A stretch of DNA of 64,000 bases from a bacterium (GCA_963674695.2 CAXXGI010000001.1:608001-672000); one strand, 5' to 3'. Shown: positions 28,266 to 38,298, numbered from the stretch's first letter. The notes: a model not told the origin generated them from the letters alone. Program-made: numbers and translations.

Positions 28266-28850
28266 TCACGCAGAAGCTGCGCGAAGCATGCGCAGGAGGG
28301 TGGGGATCGAGATGCCGATGACGTTGGTGAAGCAGCCGCGCACCTCATCGATGAGCGCCGCGCCCTTGCCCTGAATGGCATAGGCGCCGGCGCGCCCCTT
28401 CCATTCGCCGGTGGCGAGATACCAATCGATCATGCCGTCATCGAGCGAGGAAAAACGCACCGTCGTCGCGGTCACCTCGACATCGATCGTAGCCGAAGCG
28501 ATATCGCGCAGGGCGATGGCGCTGGCGACCTGATGCTCGCAACCGGAGAGGCGTTTCAGGATGGCGCGCGCATCCTCGCGGTCGCGCGGTTTACCGATGA
28601 TGGCGCCATCGATCCCGATGGCGGTGTCGACGGCGATGATGACCGCATCGAGCGCGGGCGGCACGATCGCCTCGGCCTTCTGACGTGCCAGTCGCTCGAC
28701 ATAGGCGGCAACCTTCTCGTCATCCTGCGGCGATTCATCGATAGAGGCGACATCGGGAATGAAAGAAAAGCCCGCCTCGGCCACGAGCCGTCGTCGTGCC
28801 GGAGAAGCGGTGGCAAGGACCAAGGGACGCGTGAAAGGAATGATGGCCAT
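28266..28850 (-). CDS. maf: Maf family nucleoside triphosphate pyrophosphatase
   Basis: LATASPARR, IIGKP, GRAGAYAIQG, NVIG. Confidence 0.93.
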   Translation of the reverse strand: MAIIPFTRPLVLATASPARRRLVAEAGFSFIPDVASIDESPQDDEKVAAYVERLARQKAEAIVPPALDAVIIAVDTAIGIDGAIIGKPRDREDARAILKRLSGCEHQVASAIALRDIASATIDVEVTATTVRFSSLDDGMIDWYLATGEWKGRAGAYAIQGKGAALIDEVRGCFTNVIGISIPTLLRMLRAASA

Positions 28851-28973
28851 GGGCGCACCATGCCGCGAGCGCGGAGGAAACGCAAGATGCTCAAGGAGTT
28901 CGTTTTTATTGTCGTTTCGACCTGTTCGCGCTACACTGCATATGGTTCACGGTTCACGGTTCACGGAGGATCT

Positions 28974-29195
28974 ATGTCTCATGAAATCGACGCGAAGGGG
29001 CTGCGCTGCCCTCGCCCCATCATCGAACTGGCAAAAGCCAAGCGCACGCTGCCCAAGGGCGAAGAAATCCACATCATCGCCGACGATCCCGCCTTCGACA
29101 GCGACGTCCGCGCCTGGTGCGACACCACCGGATGCACCATCGTCTCGCTCGAGAAAGAGGGCGACGTCGTCACCGCTGTCATCACGCTGAAGTGA
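28974..29195 (+). CDS. tusA: TusA family sulfur carrier
   Basis: IDAKGLRCPRP, IADDP; GGAGG RBS. Confidence 0.92.
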   Translation: MSHEIDAKGLRCPRPIIELAKAKRTLPKGEEIHIIADDPAFDSDVRAWCDTTGCTIVSLEKEGDVVTAVITLK

Positions 29196-29205
29196 AAGGC
29201 CCTCC

Positions 29206-29751
29206 ATGACCTCGGTCGACACCACATCGCTCGAATCGCGACTCGCCGCAGTGGAAGAGCGCCTAAAAAAATGCTCTCCCTCAAAACGCTCGGTGAGCAT
29301 CGTCTGCTTCTCGGGCGAATTCGACCGGCTCTACGCCGCCTTCACCATCGCCGTGGGCGCGGCCAGCATGGATGCACGCGTACGGATGTTCTTCACCTTC
29401 TGGGGCTCGCAAGCGATGTGCCCCGTCATCGGCACCTGGAAACCCAATACCCTCCTGCAACGCCTCTTCGGGTGGGTGATGCCCCACGGCATCAAGAGCC
29501 TGCCGCTTTCACGCATGAACTTCTGGGGACTGGGCCCGTGGCTGATGCGCCGCATGATGAACAAGAAGGGCATCGAGAGCCTTGAAACGCTCATTCAGAG
29601 CACGCGTGAGATGGGCGTTGAGTTCCGTCTCTGCGACACCTCCGCCGATATGCTCGGGCTGTCCACCTGTGCGGGGGGTGAAACCAGCAGCTGCGGGGTC
29701 GCCACCTTCGTCACCGACGCCATGAGCGACGACCTCGTCCTCTTCATCTGA
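29206..29751 (+). CDS. DsrE/DsrF/DrsH-like (DsrE2-type) protein
   Basis: FSGEFDR, MFFTFWG, LPLSRMNF.GLG, RLCDTS, GVATF. Confidence 0.9.
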   Translation: MTSVDTTSLESRLAAVEERLKKCSPSKRSVSIVCFSGEFDRLYAAFTIAVGAASMDARVRMFFTFWGSQAMCPVIGTWKPNTLLQRLFGWVMPHGIKSLPLSRMNFWGLGPWLMRRMMNKKGIESLETLIQSTREMGVEFRLCDTSADMLGLSTCAGGETSSCGVATFVTDAMSDDLVLFI

Positions 29752-29771
29752 CACCGAAAAAGGAGATCGCC

Positions 29772-30161
29772 ATGACTGCCACAAACGACCGCCTGCTCAT
29801 CATCCTCAGCACGGGCAAACAGGACCACGGCGCCAAAGCCACGCTCGCGTTTGCATTCGCCTGTTCGGCCCTCTCCATGGGATCAGAGGTGGCACTCTAT
29901 GTCACGATGGATGGCACGATCTGGGGCCTCAAGGAATCGACGCGCGGAATCCAACTTCCTGGATTCGACTCGTTGGAAACCTATGTCGAACAATTCGAGG
30001 AACTCGGCGGAAAGATCTTCGTCTGTCCGCCCTGCATGGAGTACTACTGCAGCATCAGCGAAGACGATGCGAAGAAGGGCATGCGCGACGGGGCGAAGAT
30101 CACCGGCATGGCGACGGCCTATCACTTCATCTCGGACCACGGTCGCGTCGTGACGTTCTGA
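29772..30161 (+). CDS. DsrE family protein with CxxC
   Basis: ATLAFAFA, DGTIW, FVCPPC, VVTF. Confidence 0.88.
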   Translation: MTATNDRLLIILSTGKQDHGAKATLAFAFACSALSMGSEVALYVTMDGTIWGLKESTRGIQLPGFDSLETYVEQFEELGGKIFVCPPCMEYYCSISEDDAKKGMRDGAKITGMATAYHFISDHGRVVTF

Positions 30162-30195
30162 CGAAACAACCGTTTTCCAGGAGAAGCCTTTTTCC

Positions 30196-31191
30196 ATGGA
30201 TACGAACGAACGACTCCAACAAGACGTGAAAGAACTGAAACGCCGCATCACGGAAATGGCCACCACCAATGCCCATGCGGCGGAGATCGTGGCCGAGCTC
30301 GAACAGAGCAAGGCCAAGATCCAGACGCTCAACGAACGGATGGCACAGACCACCGCCGAGGGCGCGGAACTCCTGGCGGAGATCGAGCAGAAGAACAAGG
30401 AGCTCGCCCGCGCCGCGGCCATGGGCGCGGAACTCACCGCAGAAGTCGAACTCCAGCAGGAACAGCTCGAGCAGCAAAACGAACGCCTCCAAGAACTCAA
30501 CGATGAGAAAAATCGGTTTCTTGGAATCGCCGCGCACGACATCCGCAACGGCATCGCCATCATCGACATGCAGACCGACTTGGTCCTCAAGATCTATAAA
30601 GATCTGGAGCCAAAAGCGATTGAAGCCCTCACCAAGGTGCGCAAGCACTGCAAGACGCTGACCAGTCTCGTCAACGATACACTCGACGTCTCGCGCATCG
30701 ACGAGGGGAAGATGGATCCAAATTTTCGGGAAGAGTCGCTGGCCGCACTCGCCATGGAAATCGCCGAGCTCTTTCGCATCGCGGCTGAGAGTAAAGGACA
30801 GACATTTATTACCGATATCCCGAAGGATCTGCCCCCCGTCCTGATGGACCACGGGATGATCGGTCAGGTCATCAGCAACTTCATCTCGAACGCCATCAAG
30901 TTTACGCCCGCGGATGGGCGCATCACCGTGCGCACGGGGCAAAAAGACGACCAGCTCTTCGTCGCCGTGAGCGACACGGGTCCGGGACTGACGGAAGAAG
31001 ATCTGCGGATGGCCTTCGGTACCTTCTGCAAACTCTCGGCGCAACCGACGGCCGGAGAAAAGAGTCATGGCCTGGGATTGGCGATCACCAAGAAACTCAT
31101 CACGATTCACAACGGCACCATCGGCGCCGAGAACAACGCCGACGGCGGCGCCACCTTTCAGTTCTCCATCCCGCTGAAGCAACCGGGGTGA
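30196..31191 (+). CDS. soluble histidine kinase with repeated coiled-coil N-terminus, no recognisable sensor domain
   Basis: AAHDIRN H-box, NAIKFT, DTGPG, GLGLAI. Confidence 0.92.
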   Translation: MDTNERLQQDVKELKRRITEMATTNAHAAEIVAELEQSKAKIQTLNERMAQTTAEGAELLAEIEQKNKELARAAAMGAELTAEVELQQEQLEQQNERLQELNDEKNRFLGIAAHDIRNGIAIIDMQTDLVLKIYKDLEPKAIEALTKVRKHCKTLTSLVNDTLDVSRIDEGKMDPNFREESLAALAMEIAELFRIAAESKGQTFITDIPKDLPPVLMDHGMIGQVISNFISNAIKFTPADGRITVRTGQKDDQLFVAVSDTGPGLTEEDLRMAFGTFCKLSAQPTAGEKSHGLGLAITKKLITIHNGTIGAENNADGGATFQFSIPLKQPG

Positions 31192-31226
31192 AGGGCTCTC
31201 CCTCTCAAACGGAAACAGGCGTCATC

Positions 31227-31625
31227 CTACAGGACCTTGCGCGGAGGGGGTGCACCTGTGGGGCCGGGCAGATGCTTCCGGATGAGCTTGAGCAGCTGAT
31301 CTTGATCGATCGGTTTTTCCAGATAGGCCGCCGCCCCCAAACCCTGCATCATCCGCTCACCGCGATCCGAGGCGATCGCCGTCACCACGATGATGGGAAT
31401 ATCCCAAAACGCGGCGTCGGCCTTGAGCGTTCGGCAAAACTGATAGCCGTCCATGGTCGGCATCATGATGTCGAGGAGGATCAGATCGGGCTTCTCATAG
31501 CGCATCTGCTTGATGGCCTCATCCCCATCCTTGGCCGTGGAGACCTCGAACCCCTTGAATCGGAGATAGTCCTGCATCAACTCCAAATAGGTCGGTTCAT
31601 CGTCGATGATCAGGATGCGCGTCAT
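31227..31625 (-). CDS. single-domain response regulator
   Basis: ILIIDDE, LLDIMMP.MDG, YLEKP. Confidence 0.92.
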   Translation of the reverse strand: MTRILIIDDEPTYLELMQDYLRFKGFEVSTAKDGDEAIKQMRYEKPDLILLDIMMPTMDGYQFCRTLKADAAFWDIPIIVVTAIASDRGERMMQGLGAAAYLEKPIDQDQLLKLIRKHLPGPTGAPPPRKVL

Positions 31626-31791
31626 GTGCCGTCCCCCCGTTGCTGTGGCCTGCCTCACGTCGTTATTCCCCTTCTGAAAAAAATATCAACCCCTTCTTCA
31701 GTTTATCGAAGCAGGCGTGGCCGGAAACGGCAAAATACTTGATTTTGCACGCGTTTGCCCCTACATTCGGCACACACACAAGGAGAAGAAA

Positions 31792-32448
31792 ATGACACTC
31801 AAAGCCGCGATATTCGACCTGGACGGCGTAGTCGTCGACACGGTCCCCATTCACTTCAAGGCATGGAAGCGCATGTTCAATGAATACGGCGTCGACTTTT
31901 CCTTCGATGACTACAAACAAAAGGTCGATGGCATCCCGCGCATGGATGGAGCGCGGGCGGTGCTCACCGATCTCGATCAGGAGGAGTTGGAAGAAGCAGC
32001 CACACGCAAGCAGGGCTATTTTCTCGACGCCCTCGGCACCGAAGCCATTCCCACCTACGACACGACCATCACTCTCATCGACGGGCTCCAGAAGGCGGGC
32101 ATCAAGGTCGCGGTCATCTCCAGTTCGAAGAATTGCCCGTCGATCCTCAAACGCATCGGCCTCTATGAGAAACTCGACACCGTCATCGCCGGCAGCGACA
32201 TCACCAAGGGAAAACCCGACCCGCAGATCTTTCAGATGGCGGCCGAGCGCCTCAATGCTAAGCCCTCCGAGTGCGTCGTCTTCGAAGATGCCGTGTTGGG
32301 CGTCGAAGCGGCAAAGCGCGGGAAGATGCACTGCATCGGCATCGACCGCTATGACAGTCCAGAACGCCTCGCCGGCGCAGATCGGATCGTGAGCGATCTC
32401 GGTGAAGTCGACGTGAATGCGGTCCAAGCCCTCTGTAAGGAGAACTGA
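31792..32448 (+). CDS. pgmB: beta-phosphoglucomutase family HAD enzyme
   Basis: FDLDGVVVDT, SSSKN, GKPDP, VFEDA; next to GH65. Confidence 0.85.
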   Translation: MTLKAAIFDLDGVVVDTVPIHFKAWKRMFNEYGVDFSFDDYKQKVDGIPRMDGARAVLTDLDQEELEEAATRKQGYFLDALGTEAIPTYDTTITLIDGLQKAGIKVAVISSSKNCPSILKRIGLYEKLDTVIAGSDITKGKPDPQIFQMAAERLNAKPSECVVFEDAVLGVEAAKRGKMHCIGIDRYDSPERLAGADRIVSDLGEVDVNAVQALCKEN

Positions 32449-32453
32449 TCACC

Positions 32454-34874
32454 ATGGCAAAAAAGCAGCATCCCTATGCCTACGACAACCTGCTCTCACC
32501 GAAGTCGTGGCTCGTCGAACAAAAGGGGTTCGACCGCTCCATGCAAGCCCTGCGCGAAACGCAGTTCACCCAGGGCAACGGCTACCTCTGCTGCCGCGGC
32601 ATCTTAGAGGAATTGCCCTACGACGCCAACGCCGGAACCTATATCGGCGGCATCTACGATCGTACCGGCGCGCAGATCACGGAGCTGGTGAACCTGCCCA
32701 ACCCGATCGTCTTTCGCATCGACACGCATGGCGAAAAACTCGATCCGGTGGCGATGGACATCGTGCACCATCGGCGCACGCTCGACATGCACAAGGCCAT
32801 CGTCTATCGCCACACGACCTTTCGCAGCGCCTACAAAAAGCATATCGACCTCACCTCGCGCCGTTTTGTAAGTTTGGCCAACAAAAACCTCATCGTCATG
32901 GAGGTGGAGGTGACACCCCTCGATGAGGACATGACGTTCAACTTCCAGACCATGATCGACGCGGGGGTCTCCAACCGCGGCGCGCTCACCGAGGGGCGCA
33001 AGCGACACTTCGAGCCACACGAGGTGGAACAAGCCAAGGATCACGTCTACCTCTGCGTGGAAACCTTTGAGAAAAAAGTCCTCATCGCCTATGCCTCGGC
33101 GCTCGAAGTCTGCCGCGGAAACAGGTGCCACACCGTGGGCGAGCGCGCGATGAACCTGCGCGTGAAGAAGAACGAGACAATCACCTTCCGGAAATACATC
33201 GTCGTCAAATCGTCGCGCCACGTCCGCCCATCGGAGCTCAAGCGCACGACAGTGGGAATTCTCAAGAGCGCACGCCGCAAAGGGTTCACGCGCCTTTTGG
33301 ACGAACACGAGAAGGCGTGGCTCAAGCGCTGGCAGCTGGCCAACGTCGACATCGAGGGCGACCCCGAGGCCGCGCGCGCGCTGCGGTTTAACACCTATCA
33401 TCTCATCATCGCGGGCAATACCGACGACGACGACGTTTCCATCGGCGCCCGCACGCTCTCCGGGGAGGGCTACCGCGGTCACATCTTCTGGGACACGGAA
33501 CTCTTCCTCCTCCCCTTCTTCATCTACAACGAGCCCCAGGTCGCCCGAAACCTCCTGATGTACCGCGTACATCGATTGACAGCGGCGCGTAACAATGCGG
33601 CCGCACGCGGCTACAAGGGCGCGCTCTATCCGTGGGAGTCGGCCGATACGGGAGAGGAGTGCACCCCCTCCTGGGCGAAGAACTTCGACGGCAAGATCAT
33701 CCGCATCGTCACCATGGATGAGGAACACCACATCAACGCCGACATCGCCTACGCCATCAACAACTACGTCGATGCCACGGGCGATATCGATTTCATGTGG
33801 TCGGGTGGTCTTGAGGTGCTGCTCGAGACGGCGCGCTTCTGGGCCTCGCGCGTGATCTACAACACCAAGCAGGCGCGCTATGAGATCGACCATGTGATGG
33901 GACCGGATGAATTTCATGAGGACGTCAACAACAACGCCTATACCAACGCGATGGCGGCCTTCAACCTCGAGATCGCCGTAACGTGGGCCGCACGTCTCCG
34001 GCGCGAACGCCCGGCGCAGTGGAACCGCATCGCTGGCCGAATCAAGCTCGCACCAAAAGAGGTGCTGCACTGGCGCCAAATCGCCGAACGCATGTACTTC
34101 CCCTATTCCAAGAAGCGACGGCTGATCGAACCGTTCGACGGCTTCTTCCGTCTGCGCGATCACCGCATCTGCCAACTCAACGAACACTTCATGCCGGTGC
34201 TCCCCTCCACGGTCGAATGGGAGGAGATCGGAAAAACCCAGTTCATCAAACAGGCCGATGTCGTCATGCTGCTCTATCTGCAGAACGACCGCTTCAGCCA
34301 AGAGGAAAAGAAGCGCGACTACTACTTCAACGAGCGGCATACGCTCCACAAATCGTCACTCTCACCGGCCATCCACTCGATCGTGGGCTTGGAGGTCGGC
34401 GACGAGGAGAAGGCACTGCACTATTTTGCACACGCGCTCTCCAGCGATCTTCAGAATATCCACGGCAATACGCCCGAGGGCATTCATGCGGCGAGCGCGG
34501 GTGCAACGTGGCAGGCGGCCATCATGGGCTTTGCCGGCATGCGCCGCCGGGGCGGCATCCTCTCCTTCACCCCGCACCTGCCGCTGCACTGGAAGGGAAT
34601 GCACTTCTGTGTGGTCTGGCACGGCTGCCGCCTGCGCGTTTCCATGACGCATGCGCGCACCGAGATCTGCCTCGAGGACCGCTCCAAACGCGGACCGATC
34701 GCCGTGGAAGTCTATGGCGAACTCAAGGAACTGACCTATCAGTCCTTCGTTCAGTTCCTCGCCCCCAAGAGGGCATCGCGAAAATCGACAAAGGTTCGCA
34801 CCGCAAAGAAAACACCGAAGAAGAAAGCGGTTCGGAAGAAAAAAACAGCCTTGAAAAAGAGGAGGACACGATGA
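32454..34874 (+). CDS. GH65 glycoside phosphorylase (trehalose/kojibiose/maltose type) with Lys-rich tail
   Basis: GEGYRGHIFWDTE, GPDEFHE, KQADV, SSLS. Confidence 0.95.
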   Translation: MAKKQHPYAYDNLLSPKSWLVEQKGFDRSMQALRETQFTQGNGYLCCRGILEELPYDANAGTYIGGIYDRTGAQITELVNLPNPIVFRIDTHGEKLDPVAMDIVHHRRTLDMHKAIVYRHTTFRSAYKKHIDLTSRRFVSLANKNLIVMEVEVTPLDEDMTFNFQTMIDAGVSNRGALTEGRKRHFEPHEVEQAKDHVYLCVETFEKKVLIAYASALEVCRGNRCHTVGERAMNLRVKKNETITFRKYIVVKSSRHVRPSELKRTTVGILKSARRKGFTRLLDEHEKAWLKRWQLANVDIEGDPEAARALRFNTYHLIIAGNTDDDDVSIGARTLSGEGYRGHIFWDTELFLLPFFIYNEPQVARNLLMYRVHRLTAARNNAAARGYKGALYPWESADTGEECTPSWAKNFDGKIIRIVTMDEEHHINADIAYAINNYVDATGDIDFMWSGGLEVLLETARFWASRVIYNTKQARYEIDHVMGPDEFHEDVNNNAYTNAMAAFNLEIAVTWAARLRRERPAQWNRIAGRIKLAPKEVLHWRQIAERMYFPYSKKRRLIEPFDGFFRLRDHRICQLNEHFMPVLPSTVEWEEIGKTQFIKQADVVMLLYLQNDRFSQEEKKRDYYFNERHTLHKSSLSPAIHSIVGLEVGDEEKALHYFAHALSSDLQNIHGNTPEGIHAASAGATWQAAIMGFAGMRRRGGILSFTPHLPLHWKGMHFCVVWHGCRLRVSMTHARTEICLEDRSKRGPIAVEVYGELKELTYQSFVQFLAPKRASRKSTKVRTAKKTPKKKAVRKKKTALKKRRTR

Positions 34875-35251
34875 GTACCATTCGCGACGTCATGATCAAA
34901 AAAGTCCACACGGTTCAAGAAAACGACGATGTAAAAAAGGTCTGCCGCATCCTCACCAAGCACAAGATCAGCGGCACTCCGGTGATCAATGCAAAGGGAA
35001 AGCTCGTCGGCTTCGTCTCCGAGCGCGACATCATCGCCGCCGTCCCGCGTGCGGGGTTCCTGGAGAACACCGCTGGCCGTCTCATGACGCGCAAGGTCGC
35101 CACCGTCTGTCCCGATGACCCGATCACACATGCCTCGAAGATATTCTCCCAGCGCAACTTTCGGCTGCTGCCCGTGATCAAGGCAGGAAAGATCGTCGGC
35201 ATGGTCGCCCGCAAGGGGCTGATCGAGCACATCCTCGGCGATTACTATTGA
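34871..35251 (+). CDS. CBS-domain protein
   Basis: IRDVM, ISGTPVIN..GKLVGFVSERD; ATGA overlap with GH65. Confidence 0.9.
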   Translation: MSTIRDVMIKKVHTVQENDDVKKVCRILTKHKISGTPVINAKGKLVGFVSERDIIAAVPRAGFLENTAGRLMTRKVATVCPDDPITHASKIFSQRNFRLLPVIKAGKIVGMVARKGLIEHILGDYY

Positions 35252-35364
35252 TTCGAAAAAGCGCGAGATGGCTGGATCGCTAAATCATGAGATGGCAAAA
35301 CACAAGAGCTCTTTGCTATCTCACCATTAAGCCATCTCACAATCTTACTACCGTGGAGCACACA

Positions 35365-36594
35365 ATGGCCAAGAAAAAAATCGCAAAGAAAACACCTCAG
35401 AAATCACCCTCAAAGAAAAAAAGAAAGCTGCGCATCGCCCAGATGCACTGGGGCTATCCCCCGATCATCGGCGGTGTGGAGACGCATCTTGCCCTCATGT
35501 TGCCCGAGATGGCTCGCTATGGGCATGAGGTGCATCTGCTGACGGGTTCCGTCGAGGGCTGCAAGGTGCACTACCTCGATAGAGGCGTCCACATCCGGCG
35601 CACGCCGCTGATGGACTTGAACTGGCTTTTCAAGCGCGGGCTACACGGTCTGGAAGAGGAGATCGAGCACCGTTTCACGCAATACATTCAGAACACCCGC
35701 CCCGACGTGATGCACGTGCACAACATGCACTACTTCAGCCGCGAACACACCGAGATCCTCGAAACCCTCTGCAAAACAAAGGGAATTCCGCTCGTGCTCA
35801 CCGCGCACAACGTCTGGGACGACGTGCTCTACCTGGAGATGGCGCACAACATCGGATGGGATCACATCATCGCCGTGTCGCACTTCATCCGCAAGGAGCT
35901 CATCGGAATAGGGCTTCCCGACGCGAAGGTCACGACCATCCACCACGGCGTGGACACCAACGTCTTCCACCCGAAGGTCGATACGCGGCGCGCCTACCGA
36001 GACTATCCGCAGCTGAGGGATAAGCAGATCATCTTCCATCCCGCGCGCATGGGCATGGCCAAGGGCTGCGACGTCTCGATCAAGGCCTTCAATATCATCC
36101 ACAAACATTTTCCGGATGCAATGCTGGTGCTGGCCGGCACGAAGAACATCATCGATTGGGGTTCCACGCAGCAGAAGGACATCGCCTACTTCGTCAACCT
36201 CATCCGTTACTTCAAGCTCGAGAAGAGGATCATGGTCGACTCCTATGCGCTCGACCAGATGCCGGGGCTCTACGGCGTCGCCGATGTCGTCATCTATCCC
36301 TCCACCGCGCAGGAGCCGTTTGGGCTTACGATGCTGGAGGCGATGGCGACGGCAAAGCCCATGGTCGTCACGCGCGCCGGCGGCATGCCCGAGATCATCA
36401 GCGACGGCATCAACGGCTTTGTTATTCCGCCCAAGGACTTCGAAGAACTCGCCGGCGTCATCATGCGCCTCTTGGGCGATGCCGAACTGCGACAGCGCTT
36501 CGGCAACACCGGCAAGCGAATGGTCGATGCCTCCTATACGAAGGAAGTGATGACGCAGAACAACATCGATATCTACGAACAGTTGCTCCGCTAG
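35365..36594 (+). CDS. GT4 glycosyltransferase with Lys-rich N-terminus
   Basis: PPIIGGVE, EPFGLTMLEAMA, GGMPEII. Confidence 0.93.
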   Translation: MAKKKIAKKTPQKSPSKKKRKLRIAQMHWGYPPIIGGVETHLALMLPEMARYGHEVHLLTGSVEGCKVHYLDRGVHIRRTPLMDLNWLFKRGLHGLEEEIEHRFTQYIQNTRPDVMHVHNMHYFSREHTEILETLCKTKGIPLVLTAHNVWDDVLYLEMAHNIGWDHIIAVSHFIRKELIGIGLPDAKVTTIHHGVDTNVFHPKVDTRRAYRDYPQLRDKQIIFHPARMGMAKGCDVSIKAFNIIHKHFPDAMLVLAGTKNIIDWGSTQQKDIAYFVNLIRYFKLEKRIMVDSYALDQMPGLYGVADVVIYPSTAQEPFGLTMLEAMATAKPMVVTRAGGMPEIISDGINGFVIPPKDFEELAGVIMRLLGDAELRQRFGNTGKRMVDASYTKEVMTQNNIDIYEQLLR

Positions 36595-36614
36595 AGAGCA
36601 TCGCGTCGCATACC

Positions 36615-36645
36615 AAAAAATGGCCTCCTCGAGGCCATTTTTTTT
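36615..36645 (+). terminator. intrinsic terminator
   Basis: AAAAAATGGCCTC-CTC-GAGGCCATTTTTTTT. Confidence 0.85.
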
Positions 36646-36708
36646 GGACCGAATCCAGCGACAATCCATGCCAATGTCAATATGACGCCTCGCCGAATGA
36701 AATACCGC

Positions 36709-36735
36709 GAAACATTGTCGCGCCTTTGCCGATAC
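36709..36735 (+). promoter_or_regulatory. sigma28/FliA-type promoter
   Basis: GAAACATT-N11-GCCGATAC. Confidence 0.55.
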
Positions 36736-36764
36736 GGTATCGGGAAACAGATGAGGAGGCAGCG

Positions 36765-37400
36765 ATGGGCAATGCATACGGCTATCGTCTTGATGTACAG
36801 GGTGGCGGCGGTGCGAGCGTCGGACGACACAGCATTCAATACGGACCTGAATCCAGCGGATCCGGATCGATTCGCCTGTTTCCGGCAAAAACGGAGACGG
36901 AACTGGCCTTCGCCGCAGATGCAAAGCTGCAGGCACCGTTCGGCGACGGAGACAGCACCGCCGTCGGTCATGGCAAAGCCCGTTTTTCCGTTCTGCAACC
37001 GATCCCCCACTCGGGCAAGGACTTCAATTTTTTCTCACACCTCGCCTCCGGCTTCTACGGCATTCGCTCCTCTTACTTTTCTGCACGTCCACGCGTGGGA
37101 AACGACACTGGATTCTCGCTCGGAAAGACTATCTCAATAGGCAGAACTGCAGGTGGCATCAAAATGGATGCACGCATTCAATATGATGCCCTCATCTCGC
37201 TGAGCACGCCGCTGACGGAGCCGGCAGCCGAAGTGGAGGGAAACGTCGTCGGAAACTATATCATGCACTTTATCTTCAACCCCAAGCAGGTCATGACGCT
37301 ATCGCTCTCCCACTTCGTCGGCATCAACAACGCCACGCAAGGACACGGACACATCGGCGCCTTTCTGAACCTCGGCTATGAGTATGGAAGTGATTGGTGA
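36765..37400 (+). CDS. hypothetical beta-strand-rich protein without signal peptide
   Basis: GAGGAGG RBS; amphipathic strands ending FLNLGYEYGSDW. Confidence 0.7.
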   Translation: MGNAYGYRLDVQGGGGASVGRHSIQYGPESSGSGSIRLFPAKTETELAFAADAKLQAPFGDGDSTAVGHGKARFSVLQPIPHSGKDFNFFSHLASGFYGIRSSYFSARPRVGNDTGFSLGKTISIGRTAGGIKMDARIQYDALISLSTPLTEPAAEVEGNVVGNYIMHFIFNPKQVMTLSLSHFVGINNATQGHGHIGAFLNLGYEYGSDW

Positions 37401-37420
37401 TGAAAGCTGAAGAAATTGCG

Positions 37421-38200
37421 TTACCACTCACATAAGATCCACTCCACCAACGGAACGATCTCTTCGATATCGCGCACGACGTACTGGGCGGCGCTGTCTT
37501 TGCGGCGACCGACGCGAACGGTGATACCCCTGCGTCCCAAGGCGCGAAACGCATCCTCGTCGGTGGTGTCATCGCCGACATAAAACGGAAGCGCACCGGA
37601 GGCCAGGTGATCCCTGATCCAGAGGGCGGCATGCCCCTTATTCCAGTCGTCATTCGAACGCAGCTCGAGCACCTGTTTTCCGCGCAGGAGCTGACCACCA
37701 TGGTGTTCCACAAATGGCGCTGCCAGTTGCATCGTCGTGCGACGCACCGCCGCTTTCTCTCCTGACGCCACCATCCGATAGTGCACGGCAACCGAATACG
37801 CCTTGTTCTCGATCACCACCCCGTGGACGTTCTTGAGCGCTGCCGTGACGATGCGCCTATAGGCCTTCATGGCCTTCCGAAAGCGAACGCCGCGACGCAG
37901 CAGACAGCGATTCCCGCGCCAGATTTCAAAACCGTGATTGACTGACAGCACGAGCCCCGGCACGGATACGCGCCGACGGATATCGGCGATGACGCGCCCG
38001 GTGACGATGCCCGCGGTGATGCGACGATGGCGCACAAGCGCGGCAAGACGATCGCGCCAACCCGGTGCCATACGAGCATCGTTCGGATGCTCCACGATCG
38101 GCGCGAGCGTCCCATCGAAATCGAAGAGCATCAGCAGACGATCACATCGCCGCACGCGCCGCTCGATGGATTCGATATTTTTTGAGAATGATTGCATCAT
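37421..38200 (-). CDS. otsB: trehalose-6-phosphate phosphatase
   Basis: FDFDGTLAPI, VHYR, NKG, VGDDTTDEDAF. Confidence 0.95.
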   Translation of the reverse strand: MMQSFSKNIESIERRVRRCDRLLMLFDFDGTLAPIVEHPNDARMAPGWRDRLAALVRHRRITAGIVTGRVIADIRRRVSVPGLVLSVNHGFEIWRGNRCLLRRGVRFRKAMKAYRRIVTAALKNVHGVVIENKAYSVAVHYRMVASGEKAAVRRTTMQLAAPFVEHHGGQLLRGKQVLELRSNDDWNKGHAALWIRDHLASGALPFYVGDDTTDEDAFRALGRRGITVRVGRRKDSAAQYVVRDIEEIVPLVEWILCEW

Positions 38201-38298
38201 AAATAGGTACGAAGGACGATGGACGATGGACGCAAGGGCCTTTTCGTCCCTCGCCCCTCGTCCGAGATTCCGGAGGAATCGGTCGTCCTTCAAGATCT

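Noticed and set aside
27902-28381. 160-aa N-terminal extension of DusB in the ORF track
   Set aside because: It reads through palindromic repeats and overlaps maf; DusB-like sequence starts near 27901.
33983-37400. Long ORF-track calls 33983..35251 and 36156..37400 as fusions or frameshift products
   Set aside because: Their upstream parts are off-frame overlaps with GH65 and GT4; real starts with RBS are at 34871 and 36765.
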